From: Guillardia theta CCMP2712
Taxonomy: Eukaryota > Protista > Cryptophyta
Length of the DNA: 64,000 nucleotides
Direction: 5' to 3'
Assembly: GCF_000315625.1 (NCBI RefSeq)
Contig: NW_005434632.1
Location: 490,113 to 554,112, forward strand
Position numbers and translations under genes: made by a program. Within the stretch, counting starts at the first letter, position 1. Each line of letters begins with the position of its first letter. The notes below the pieces were generated by a model. That model did not search any database. It saw only the letters and a list, made by a program, of their open reading frames with translations, and had not been told where the DNA came from. Positions 21,082 to 34,686 of the stretch are shown one piece after another.

Positions 21082-21354
21082 CGCGGGGCGTCAAGATACT
21101 CTGTCTGGCTGGTCGGAGGTGGCCGGCACATGTAGCTCTCTCGACATGTACAGATCAAACATTGGTGTACTCTAGATAAACTTCAGCATGATAAGGGGAT
21201 GAGAAGGAAAGGGGGACAACAAATTTGCATGAGAGCGTTTGTTCGCTCTCTGACAAGTTTTCATGTACAGCTAAAGTGTTGAAAAGAAAGGAGTTTATTT
21301 ACAAGGCAATGATGGAAATGATAGTGTACATCCAGTTCTCTTATCAGTGTACAG

Positions 21355-21639
21355 CTAGTTCTCTTGGTCGCTTCCCCCTTCCTCGTCCTCCACTGGCGCC
21401 GTTCTACATCCCACAGCAGGAAGATTCCACGGCTGGGATTTGATGAGGAAGATTGATCGCTGCAGGGCCATCAGTCGCTTCATCTTCCACTCGCTCAGTG
21501 GAACCAGCCCTGTGGAGCTCTCGCAAGCACGCAGGTCGTCCAAGGACAAAGAGCGCGTCATCCCATACTCGCTTCCTCTTGTAGCCACGTCAATCTCATC
21601 GGACGCTGGCAGATCGGCTCTGATATCGTGGAGTGACAT
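21355..21639 (-). CDS. Small intronless hypothetical protein (94 aa) with an RSLSLDDL motif
   Basis: ATG-initiated ORF, non-repetitive, convergent with the PKD2-like gene; acidic tail. Confidence 0.55.
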   Translation of the reverse strand: MSLHDIRADLPASDEIDVATRGSEYGMTRSLSLDDLRACESSTGLVPLSEWKMKRLMALQRSIFLIKSQPWNLPAVGCRTAPVEDEEGGSDQEN

Positions 21640-22734
21640 GTTGTATGCTGAACGGATGTATGATTACTAACACACTTGTTGCGGATATCCTTCGCTTCCG
21701 AGCAATGTTGGTCCCAGCGTCGATAATAATCGCTAATGCAATAATCGCTAATGCTCAAGGAGATAGTCCAGGGAGAGGGTTCCAATGCAGTGAAGCAGGT
21801 GGAGAAAGAGGACAGAACCGTGAGGAGACTGAAGGGTGTCTTGATGTCTTCTACCACAGTGTGGTACGATAGGCCGAGAGAAGGACGGAGGGTCGCTGTA
21901 GATTGCTAGCAGTATTTCATACACTGATGGGGAGAGGGGCGACAGGAAGGTTTGAAACAGTCGGAAAATCGCAGCGATTCGTATCTGTGCCTTGAACAAG
22001 TCAGATACAGTAAGGGGGGTAGTGGAGTGTGAAGGTAGTGGGGGTGAAGCACCTCCGGTACTTTTATCTGGAATATTTGTATATAACAAGGGGGTCCACA
22101 AGCACAAAGGTGGGTCCTTGTGAAGAAGTCGTGCGTTAACAGAGTAGGTATGAGTCATATTGATGGTACTTAACGAAAAGATTTCTCTTCGTACCTCAAC
22201 CTTGTGATCTCTTCGAACCGTTCCGTTCTGTAAGATTCATTCGTAGGGAGGAGGCTGGACCCTCGTGATCATGTCCTAAAGCACCGCATGCCCGTGGTCG
22301 TTCAGAGGCCGCTGACATGAGCACGTGGCCGTACGGGGCTGCGACTGTTTGGTTTCAAATGCTGTTGTAAAACAACGTTTCGGAGAAAGGGATTCGAAAA
22401 TTCTCTTTTCAGGGCTAACCACCGCTTGCACGTCTTATAAAGACAACGATTCGAAGATATCCCTATAACGGTTTGCAACCAAGGATAACACCAGGGGCCC
22501 CTACCCCTCGTCTTGAGTATCGAGTACCCGGTACCAAGACGAGAACAATCAAAGCGCCGGACAGGTATCGGCGACAAATTCCGGGGCGATCACGAGGACT
22601 GCCAGGGTGGCCGCGCCTAGCGGACACACGGACTCCTGGAGGCCGATGTTCGAGCTTTAAGTCACGAGGGCTGCAGATTCGCATTGAAAAAATTAAAAGT
22701 CAGCCAGTCATATAGTCACGTAAAACTCAGTTCA

Positions 22735-23070
22735 ACGCGGCCGTGGCCGGCGCCGGCCCGGCTCGCCACCGTGACGGTGGGCACTGCGGCAGTGCGGCAA
22801 GCCGCCCGGCGGTCGCTCGCCGGCGGCCGGCGGCCCCGGCGTGACAGTCCCCGATCGCCGGGCCCGGCCGGATTGACAGGCAGGGGGGGCGCGCCCGGGC
22901 AACTTATCAAGTTTCCGAAGTTCAAGTTTCGAAGTTCCGAACGACGACGGCCGCCCCCGGCCCGCCCGGGCCGTCGTATACGGGCCCGGCGTCCCGGCGA
23001 CGGTACGGTCCCAGCCGGGCTCCCGGGCCGCGATGGCGCCCGGAGCCCGACCTCCGGCGAGTCCGGGAGG
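22735..23070. other. CCGG/GGCC-rich intergenic island
   Basis: Very high GC; dense ccgg, ggcc and cccggg words; no credible ORF. Confidence 0.7.
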
Positions 23071-23097
23071 TCCTCCGAAGAACGAAAAAGCGATAAA

Positions 23098-23420
23098 AAT
23101 AGCGGAGGGCAACAATATGAACCGTTGTGGTATCAATTGACAGCAGTGCATCCCTATTTATAGGAAGGAGCAACAATGTGAACCGTTGTGGTATTAGGTC
23201 AAAAGCAGGCCTATTTATAGGAAGGAGCAACAATGTGAACCGTTATGGTATTAGTTCAAAAGGCAGGCCTATTTATAGGAAGGGGCAACAATGTGAACCG
23301 TTGCAGTACGCATACTGAAGCAGGCTATTTATAGGAAAGGAGCAACAATACGAAACGTTGCGATATCGTCAGTTGAGTTAGGCCTATTTATAGCGGAGGG
23401 CAACAATTCCAACGGTTGTA
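23098..23420 (+). repeat. Six-unit ~58-bp array: conserved (CC)TATTTATAGGAAGGRGCAACAATRYGAACCGTTG plus variable spacer
   Basis: GCAACAAT begins at 23109, 23170, 23227, 23285, 23342 and 23400. Confidence 0.92.
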
Positions 23421-24019
23421 GTTTTAGACTGAACATTTTCCAAGCTCACCTCAGCCTTAGGGTCATACCAAGTCACTGCAAGGGCATTGAATTCGTATAA
23501 GGAAAAATCAGCTTTCTAATTTCACTGCCCTCAATTTAGTACCCTACAAGGACACCCGATGATGTTTCAAAGGCATGGCGGACGAGGAACAAGAGGAAGG
23601 TTCCGTAGGGATCAAGAGTGTTCAGAAGGAAGGGAGGAGGGGAGGGAGGACGAGAGTGAGAAGGGGAGGGAGGACGAGAGGAAGGAGGGGAGGGATGAAG
23701 AGAAAGATGTCTAATGCCCTCTTCTTCGTTCTTGATACCCATATCATACCTGTACTGTATCTACCCTTACTGGATGATCCTTTCACTATCATTCATATAC
23801 TTTTCATTCGCATTCTTGGATTGCCAAAGTTCTTCACTGCTGCCCTCTTGAAGATTGCATTTGCGCAAAATCTTCGTAGTTTCTTCTATCTCGCATTCCT
23901 CTGATTGCTTGTACTAAGCTTTATTCTACCCTCGTACTAGATTCAACTCCGTTTCACTTTTCTCCTTTACACCTCTTAGTTTAAGATCGTTTTCTTTCTG
24001 ATGTGCGACAATAGACAGC

Positions 24020-25691
24020 ATGGCCGGACGCGTCGTACTGTTCCTCTCTCTCCTCCTTGCCGATGCATCAGCGTTCTTGCCGAGCTGCCACGTCGGTAGT
24101 AGGATGAACATAGGGCGGCACGAGCTAAGAATGAGCTCATCCTCCTCCAACGATCAGCGAGTACTCTTACGTCAGGGTCTGCTTCAGGTAGTCGTTTCCT
24201 GTCCGAAACCATGCCCGTGCTCACGAGCGTTCAGTTGTGCAAGTCGGGACCCAAGAACGGAGTCGGGGCGAGCGAGGACTTGATCCTGTCCGTGAAGGAG
24301 AAGGCGACGGAGCTTGCAAAGCTGAACCCAACGCAGCGGCAAGCTACCAGCCCGATGCTGGACGGCAAGTGGTGAGCAAGGGGGGAGAGGAGGGAGGGGA
24401 GGAGAGGAGGGAGGGCAGAAGGGAGAGTGCCCTGAGACAGAGAAGGGAAGGAGAAGAACAGAACTTTGGGGTGAAGGAGATGCCGATGTGGATCGGGGAA
24501 GAGTTGATTTGAATTGTTTCCTGTCTCACCATTCCGGGCAGGAGGCTTGTCTTTAGCACGACGAAAGGACCCAGCAGCGGCATGCTCGGGCCGTTCGTTG
24601 GAGATGTGTTTCAGGACATTGTGCTTGAGCAGGAGAAGTATTTCAACATCTTGGAGTTGGGTTTCGTTGAAGCCGTCCTGTCGGCTCACTGGGACGTGAT
24701 GGGGCAGGAGAAGTGGAGAGTCTTCTTCGACGACATCCAGTTCAGGTTGTGTGGACATGTTGACTCGTTGCCTGCTTGTGCATAGAGGGAGGAAGATGGA
24801 GGAGGGTTGAGCGTGAGTTGGACAAGGAAGACGAGAAGTAGAAATTAAGGGATATGGTGGATTTGGTACCAGATAAGTCAGTGATGATGCGTTGTAACTC
24901 TACTTGTTGTCCTCCATGCTTCCCTGGAATGGGGTGCCTGTTTGTTTGGATCCTTCTCCCTTTCCCGCCTTTTCTCCTTTTCCCGCTCTTCCTCTACCTT
25001 CCTGTCTCAACATCTGCCTCCCCTACTCTCTCACCCCCTTGTTTGACTCGCTTCTGATTCTTCCATCAGTCTATTCGGCATCCCAGTCTTCAAGAAAGAA
25101 TTCTCCTCTTCTCAACGCGACCAAGTGTTGGAAGGGTTGGACACGCTGGTATTGCACTTCCGCTCTCCCTCCCGTTGTCGCCATCACCACCTGCTCCTCC
25201 ACCTTTTCCTCCTTCTCATCACCCCCATCGTCCTCCTCGCCCTGCTACACCTCTTTCTACTGCTCCTTCCACTCCTGCTTCACCTCCTGCTCTTCGCCCT
25301 CCTCTGGTTCAATGCCTCCTGCCCATGCCCCAATCGACCTCCGCGTCTGTCTCTCCTTGCTCAGAATGTTTGCAGGGTGGAACAGAAAAGGAAGCGAGGA
25401 GTTCCAACAACGGGGGAATCTGTGAGGCTGAGGGAGGAGGAAGAGGAGCAGGGGGCGAGGACAAGGGCGTGAAGGAGGAGGAAGAGAGGACAGAGGAAGA
25501 GGATGTGCCGCTGACGCATGCGAGCAGGGGACATGGCCTACTGCAACGACACACTCCGCGTGCTATGGTGAAGCATCAACTAGTCATGTGAGACTTGAAG
25601 TTGGGCTGAAAGAAAAGGTGGTGGCAGGGCGTACGGGGTCCAGCGCGAGGCCAGCAAGGCGAGCATCTACGTACTGGAGAGGGAGAAATGA
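24020..25691 (+). CDS. Plastid lipid-associated protein / fibrillin (PAP_fibrillin), plastid-targeted
   Basis: Signal peptide ending DASA|F then a transit peptide. Motifs LAKLNPT..SPMLDGKW|RLVFSTT, DVFQDI and GIW|DMAYCNDTLRVL..SIYVLERE. Confidence 0.85.
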
Positions 25692-25789
25692 GATGAAGAG
25701 TGAGATGTTGGACGAGAGAAGCCTGTATTTGGCTCATGATCAAACCATCTCGATCCTTTCAAGTTGCCTCAGGCAGTCCCTCCTCCGAG

Positions 25790-26815
25790 TCCGCTAGCCC
25801 TCCGAACGCTCAGGCACTTCAAGTTGCTCACCGACTCCCGTACTATCACCTCCGGAATGATTAGTAGGCTTAGACTTCAGGCTTCGACGGACGGGCGCTG
25901 GCTTGACTCAGTGACCAGTAGGGTCCGAATCAGTGCGGCGGCGAGCCTCGGCCTCCGCCGCCATCGGCTCAGGCTCGCCGACTCGGAACTTCAAGCCTAC
26001 GGGCCCGGGCCCCCGACTCGGACTTTGTCCGATCGGCTCAGTTACCGTACAGTGAGACCGTCACGGCGTCTCGGTCAGCAGGCTCAGTCTGAGGCTCGAT
26101 CGGACAGTCACGGCCGGGCCCGCCGGGCCACCGTCTACCGTACTATCATGGTGCCGCAGTGCCCGGTGACGCCAGGAGTCCGAAGTCCCGGCGGGACTCG
26201 GACCCAGTCCGACATAACTTCAGTGATCCGGGGGCGAGTCACACTGTGACAGTGCAAACTTGAAAACTGAGAGGCCCCGCCTAGTGACTGTGACTCGCGC
26301 GGCCCGGCCGCTCAGCGGCACTGCCGCTGAGCGGGCCCAGCCGGCGCGGGCCGCGCCGGCTGGGCCCGGCAGCCGGGGTGCTGAGCGGCGGGGCGGGCGG
26401 CCCGGCCGCGGCGGGGCCCGGAGTCACGGATTGCCACGGTACTGATCATCGGCGGACCGTCTCCGAGACTCCGTGAGCCGCCGGCGCGGCCGCGTGCCGC
26501 CAGTGCACGACCGTGCCCCGGGGCCACGGCGGCCCGGCCGGGGTGCCAGTGAGCGCCGGTGTGTATCGTGTATCGCACTGTCACATGGTGGCACCGGCCG
26601 GAGTCACGGTGCCGCAGTGCCACCGGGGGGTACGGGGTACGGTACTTAAACGATGCCACCGATGACGCGCCCCGCCGAGTACGCCCGTATCATTATACGA
26701 CGGTACCGCCCACCCGGTCACCGGGGACCGGGCCCGGCGTACTACGCGGCAACGGATCAACTAGCCCACTGACCCCAGGTACTGATCGCCGCCGCTGCCA
26801 CCGTACGGCGCCACT
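25790..26815. other. Large CCGG/GAGTC/CAGT-rich intergenic island
   Basis: GC-rich with many short palindromes; lacks the polypurine tracts seen in introns. Confidence 0.65.
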
Positions 26816-26819
26816 ATCA

Positions 26820-27146
26820 GTATGGTACTACCGTAACGATACTACGCTATCGCCTACCGTACCGTAGTACCGTACTCGGATACTACTAGCTACCGCGGCT
26901 ATCGCCTACCGTAACGATACTACGCTATCACACTACGGTAGTACCGTAACGATACTACGGTATCGCACTACGGTACTACCGTAACGATACTACCGGTATC
27001 GCACTACGGTACTACCGTAACGGTCGGATACTACCGGTATCGCACTACGGTACTACCGTAACGGTCGGATACTACCGGTATCGCACTACGGTACTACCGT
27101 AACGGTCGGATACTACCGGTATCGCACTACGGTACTACCGTAACGA
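26820..27146 (+). repeat. Tandem double-hairpin minisatellite, 35-41 bp unit CACTACGGTACTACCGTAAC(GGTC)GGATACTACCGGTATCG
   Basis: Units start at 26931 (35 bp), 26966 (36), 27002, 27043, 27084 (41 each) and 27125 (partial). Degenerate copies lie at 26820-26930. Confidence 0.93.
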
Positions 27147-27505
27147 TATGTCGATCAGGCTCCCAGCTCCCGGCGGAAGTCATCTCGGACCACCCCCACC
27201 CACCCGGATGGCTTTCACTTTACTGCTACGGTACCGGCGGTACTACGGACTGAGTACGGCGGCCAGGTACTACGCGGCCGCCGGTACTACGGTACAGCCT
27301 TCACGGTCACCACGGTACTACGGTTACGGCTCTTCCTGCCAGGCTCAGTCCTTGGACCCTACCCTACCCTAATAGAGGTGCCCCGGATGGGCCGATCCCA
27401 TCTCCCTGCTCCCAGCTAAGGCTCGCCGCAAGGAGAAAACCTATACCAGTGGCGCCTGCCCGGATCAGTGTCGGCGGAACGAGCACAAGTTGGAAGAGTT
27501 GTAGC

Positions 27506-29806
27506 ATGGGGAACGTGACCTCCAGAGCTCGAGAGAGCACTGGCGCACCATCATACGAGGTGGACAAGGGGCTGACGTCACAAGTTCTCTACGAGGTGGA
27601 ACAGATTCGGATCCAGACAGCGATCACTTCAGAGGCTAAGAACGATGTCGAGCACAACCAAATAGCAATCTCTTCAGAGGCTAAGGACGATGTCGAGCAC
27701 AATCAAACAGCAATCACTTCAGAGGCTAAGGACGATGTCGAGCACAACCAGACCAATCAGACAGCGATCACTTCAGAGGCTAAGAACGATGTCGAGCACA
27801 ACCAAACAGCAATCACTCCAGAGGCCGAGAACGATGTCGAGCACAACCAAACAGCAATCACTTCAGAGTCTGAGAACGAGGACAATAAGACTCAACCAGT
27901 CGACGAAGATGAAGATGGAGGGGACGGCGAAACACATACAAAAGAGGTTCACTTTGAAGACGAGGATGTGCTGAAGATTCGTCGTCACAAGTGGACTATT
28001 CGAATGTTACATGAACGTGACGAGCGCATGAAGAAAATCATCGAGGAGATGTCTGCTGGTCAACTCAAACACTTGCGCGATCAAGACCCCGATGACCTTG
28101 GTATGGACTATGCGAGACCCAAGAAGTATCGACCGTCAACAGATGATATCATATCAAGAATTGCCATAGGCTCTCGCATGTACAAATTCAGAGAGAAGAC
28201 GAAATTACGAGCGCTCGCTGAAGATGAACGTGAAACGGTCATTGATAAAGTCGCGCAAGATCTCAACATTTCACGTGACGATATCGAAGGCATCGTCAAA
28301 GAGTTGATTGTCCATCAGGAGAGGCTGGACACCACTGCAAAGAATATTGAAGATTACAAGGCAGAAAAGGAAATTTCCCACCTACTATTGATGAGACTTG
28401 GCTCGCTGTTCGATTCAGATCAGGATTATCAAATCAAGTTCAAAGGTTACCATCAATTTCTTGAGTGGATCTTTGTTGTTGTCCTTGTTCTGGCAGCGCC
28501 TTTCATTTTCTGGTTGTTTCGAAATGGAACAAGTTCAGACTTCGTCCTTGCAAGCATCATCGGTATAGTTTCTTCAGTTCTGTCCATGGTCTTGAAGACA
28601 ACATCCGAGTCTGTGCTGATGAAATCTATTCGATGCAACTTGCTGGTGAGTGTGATGGTTCGAATGCAGTGGGTAGTGATGATTATGGACACATTGGCGA
28701 ATGTGAGGGCAAATGTCACTTGTATCAATATCCCCTCCCTTTCGCTGTCTTTGGTTTTCATTACTTTTCTGCAGCAGATCAACATTGTTGGCGGCAAAAA
28801 GCAGACCGTGAAACGAATGACTGAGTTCATCACTATTTGTTGTACCATTTACGCTGCAATCATTGCTCCGGTGCTGAGTTTCTTCGAGAAGTTGGCTCTT
28901 GTAATCTACATCATTTCAGGATTTGTAGACGCTCTATCGGATCAGATTGCCTTTCCATGGTCTGTGCAGGAGATTTACCTTGTGAAAGAAGACCAAGACA
29001 AGTCACCAAAATATCTCTCACTTATGGCCAGGATTGTTGTCTGCACCATAATCTCACTTGTGTCTGAGAAGGTTGCAGTGCTTTCATACAAGCCTTTGCC
29101 GTCGGAGACCGGTGTGTCCTATGAAATGCAAAAGATCAAGAGAGTTGTCACTCCTGTCCTGCCTGATGTCGCTATCAACTGCTCCGGTAACATATCGCTC
29201 ACCATCACCGGAGAACCGATCACCTTCGACCCGACCGTGCTCGCCCTGCATGTCGCAAAGAAAGATTTCTGCGAACTGAGCATGAATCTAGACTCTGCCA
29301 AGATTTCCAGCAACTGTACCTTGTGGCCTTCTCTACCAGGATGCGAGGGGAAAGTCATTCCATTTTCCGGCATCATCGAACAAGGTCTGGGAGCGAAGGA
29401 AATCCGTTCATGTCTGCAGATCAATCAAGAATGCGGCTCAGAAACAAGCTGCGGCAAGATGGGCTGCAAGATAAAATCGGACGATCCTCATCGGACGGAT
29501 TGTTCCCGCTGCTTCACAGGCTTCAAGGATGACGTCGTAGGGTTTCTGTGGTCCGTTCCTGTCCCCTTGAGCTCTTTGGTGGCGTTCATCGTCCTCGTTC
29601 TAACGCTCATCATCTCAACGTTCAGAGTCAAGTTCGAACTCCAGCGTGAGGCTCTTGCTTACGACGTCATGCACCCGATCAGAGACAAAGTGCTTGAGGT
29701 TGCTACAGAATGCAAATTTCTGAATCACATGAAGCTGGTGAGCTGGCAAGAATTCTCGCGCAGCAAAGATGATGCTGAAAGTGCTGAGATCGTTGTGGTC
29801 CAATAA
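27506..29806 (+). CDS. Intronless orphan polytopic membrane protein (766 aa from first ATG): N-terminal 15-aa repeats, ~7-8 TM segments, Cys-rich loop
   Basis: 2.3-kb uninterrupted ORF; MGNVTS start; hydrophobic segments; Cys-rich region with NxS/T sequons before the last TM. Confidence 0.8.
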   Translation: MGNVTSRARESTGAPSYEVDKGLTSQVLYEVEQIRIQTAITSEAKNDVEHNQIAISSEAKDDVEHNQTAITSEAKDDVEHNQTNQTAITSEAKNDVEHNQTAITPEAENDVEHNQTAITSESENEDNKTQPVDEDEDGGDGETHTKEVHFEDEDVLKIRRHKWTIRMLHERDERMKKIIEEMSAGQLKHLRDQDPDDLGMDYARPKKYRPSTDDIISRIAIGSRMYKFREKTKLRALAEDERETVIDKVAQDLNISRDDIEGIVKELIVHQERLDTTAKNIEDYKAEKEISHLLLMRLGSLFDSDQDYQIKFKGYHQFLEWIFVVVLVLAAPFIFWLFRNGTSSDFVLASIIGIVSSVLSMVLKTTSESVLMKSIRCNLLVSVMVRMQWVVMIMDTLANVRANVTCINIPSLSLSLVFITFLQQINIVGGKKQTVKRMTEFITICCTIYAAIIAPVLSFFEKLALVIYIISGFVDALSDQIAFPWSVQEIYLVKEDQDKSPKYLSLMARIVVCTIISLVSEKVAVLSYKPLPSETGVSYEMQKIKRVVTPVLPDVAINCSGNISLTITGEPITFDPTVLALHVAKKDFCELSMNLDSAKISSNCTLWPSLPGCEGKVIPFSGIIEQGLGAKEIRSCLQINQECGSETSCGKMGCKIKSDDPHRTDCSRCFTGFKDDVVGFLWSVPVPLSSLVAFIVLVLTLIISTFRVKFELQREALAYDVMHPIRDKVLEVATECKFLNHMKLVSWQEFSRSKDDAESAEIVVVQ
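27614..27880 (+). repeat. Coding 45-bp tandem repeat (QTAITSEAKNDVEHN, ~5.5 copies)
   Basis: Direct inspection of DNA and protein. Confidence 0.92.
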
Positions 29807-30954
29807 ACCTCACATGCAGCTGATGCTGACAACGCTGAGATCGTTGTGATTCAATGAACTTGATATGCTGCAGAGCGTAACTTTCACATGCTACTCTTTT
29901 ACAACAACAAACAAGATCGCGCCATATCACACCATGAATGTATTGACAACGAAGCTTCAGATTCATTCAAAAACCACAAGTTTTCATGGTTATGATACCA
30001 GCCATGACAAGGTGAGTTCAATCACTACACGAAGCTTCACACATGGGGTGAGGATGCCATGTAGCCGCAACGGGAAGACAGTCAGATACAACTGCTAGGA
30101 GGTTGCAGCTGCAGCTAACTATGCTCCGTGTGCTTGAACTTGCCGCGCTCCTGTCAGGCCTTGCCTGTACCAATGTACAGCTACTCGTGAAGGTACATGT
30201 TCCTTGTGCTCAAACCGAAAGATTGAAAGATCCAGCGACTGTTTACGGATAGAAACGTGAAGACAGTATCATTTTCCAACAGAAAGACGTCAATAGAACA
30301 AAGATGCTTGAGTTACGAGACATGTTCTGGTGTCGAAGCCGCAGGCCGTCCTCGTTGTGTTGTAATACATGCAGGAATGGTTGCCATTCGGTGAAAGGAG
30401 GCCGGACGGTGGACAAGAGCACTGCTGGTGGAAGCACGACTGCTGAAGTATTTGCTGGACAAGGTCCTCCGATGCGAAACTTGAGCTAGCACAGCCCACA
30501 TACATGCACGTGTTGTAGACTCGTCGTCTCACTGTAAGAGAACAACACTACACCTACATGCTTCCTCCCTCAGCTCGTCGCAAGCTCAACGCAGCTGCGC
30601 ACAACAAGACCCATCGTCATGATCTTGCACCTGCTCATCGTGTCCCGCCCGAGGCTCCCCTCCCCTCCATCGCCAGCGCTGATACCCTCCTGCAGCATGA
30701 CGCCATAGGTCAACTCCTTGGCTCCACACCCTACAAACAAGTTTCTTTAATTCGCCCTGCCCGCTGTTGAGCTGGAAGAAGGGAGCGAAGAATCCTCCCC
30801 CCCCCCCCTCCCCCCCCCGCTTCTCCTGCCTCTCCTGCCTCTCCTGCCTCTCCTGCCTCTCCTGCCTCTCCTGCCTCCCCCTCCTCCCCCTCCTCCCTCC
30901 TTCTCTTCCCATTTCCAACTCTCACTTTGCCATCTTGCCGTCCATTCACACGCG

Positions 30955-34178
<3,224 letters not shown>

Positions 34179-34686
34179 AGGAACTGCTGCTAGACGTTTG
34201 AAGACATCACTTTCTGATTCTCCTCCCTCCCTCCCCATTTCTCCTTCAATACCATCACCTCCTGCACCTCCTCCTCCTCCATCACCACCACATCCCTTCT
34301 CTCACTACTTCCAACAGCATGAAAGCTTTTTCTCTTTAATCTCCAATTTTTTTATCTTTAGGGGGAAAACGCCTGCAGCCATTCATCTACCTGCCCTCCA
34401 GCTCACATGTCCTGAAAAGAGGATGCAAAATTGCATCAACTTTCCGCCTCCTGCCCTCATCCTCTCCTATCTTCCGTCATGTCCAACCGCTTCATGCCAA
34501 ACTCGCCGAGTATCCCATGAACGTAGTACTGAGCATCCTCGAGCACAGCAAGAACTTTCCTCAGACTAAAGGTCCATTTGCACAACATTCCACAAGATCA
34601 TATACCTTATCGATCTCAACCTTCACCGCCACCGTGACAACAGCACATGGGCAAAAGAGCGCAAGAATGAATAAGCAACCGTCAAT

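Noticed and set aside
22684-23163. Arg/Pro/Gly-rich ORFs in CCGG islands (also 25764-26867 and 47575-48020)
   Set aside because: Open frames are expected from very high GC; no domain-like content.
23098-23420. CRISPR array
   Set aside because: Eukaryotic context, no cas genes, repeats degenerate and several spacers related to each other. Kept as a motif array instead.
29900-30540. Possible gene or pseudogene remnant on the minus strand
   Set aside because: Only short stop-interrupted frames; no recognisable homology.
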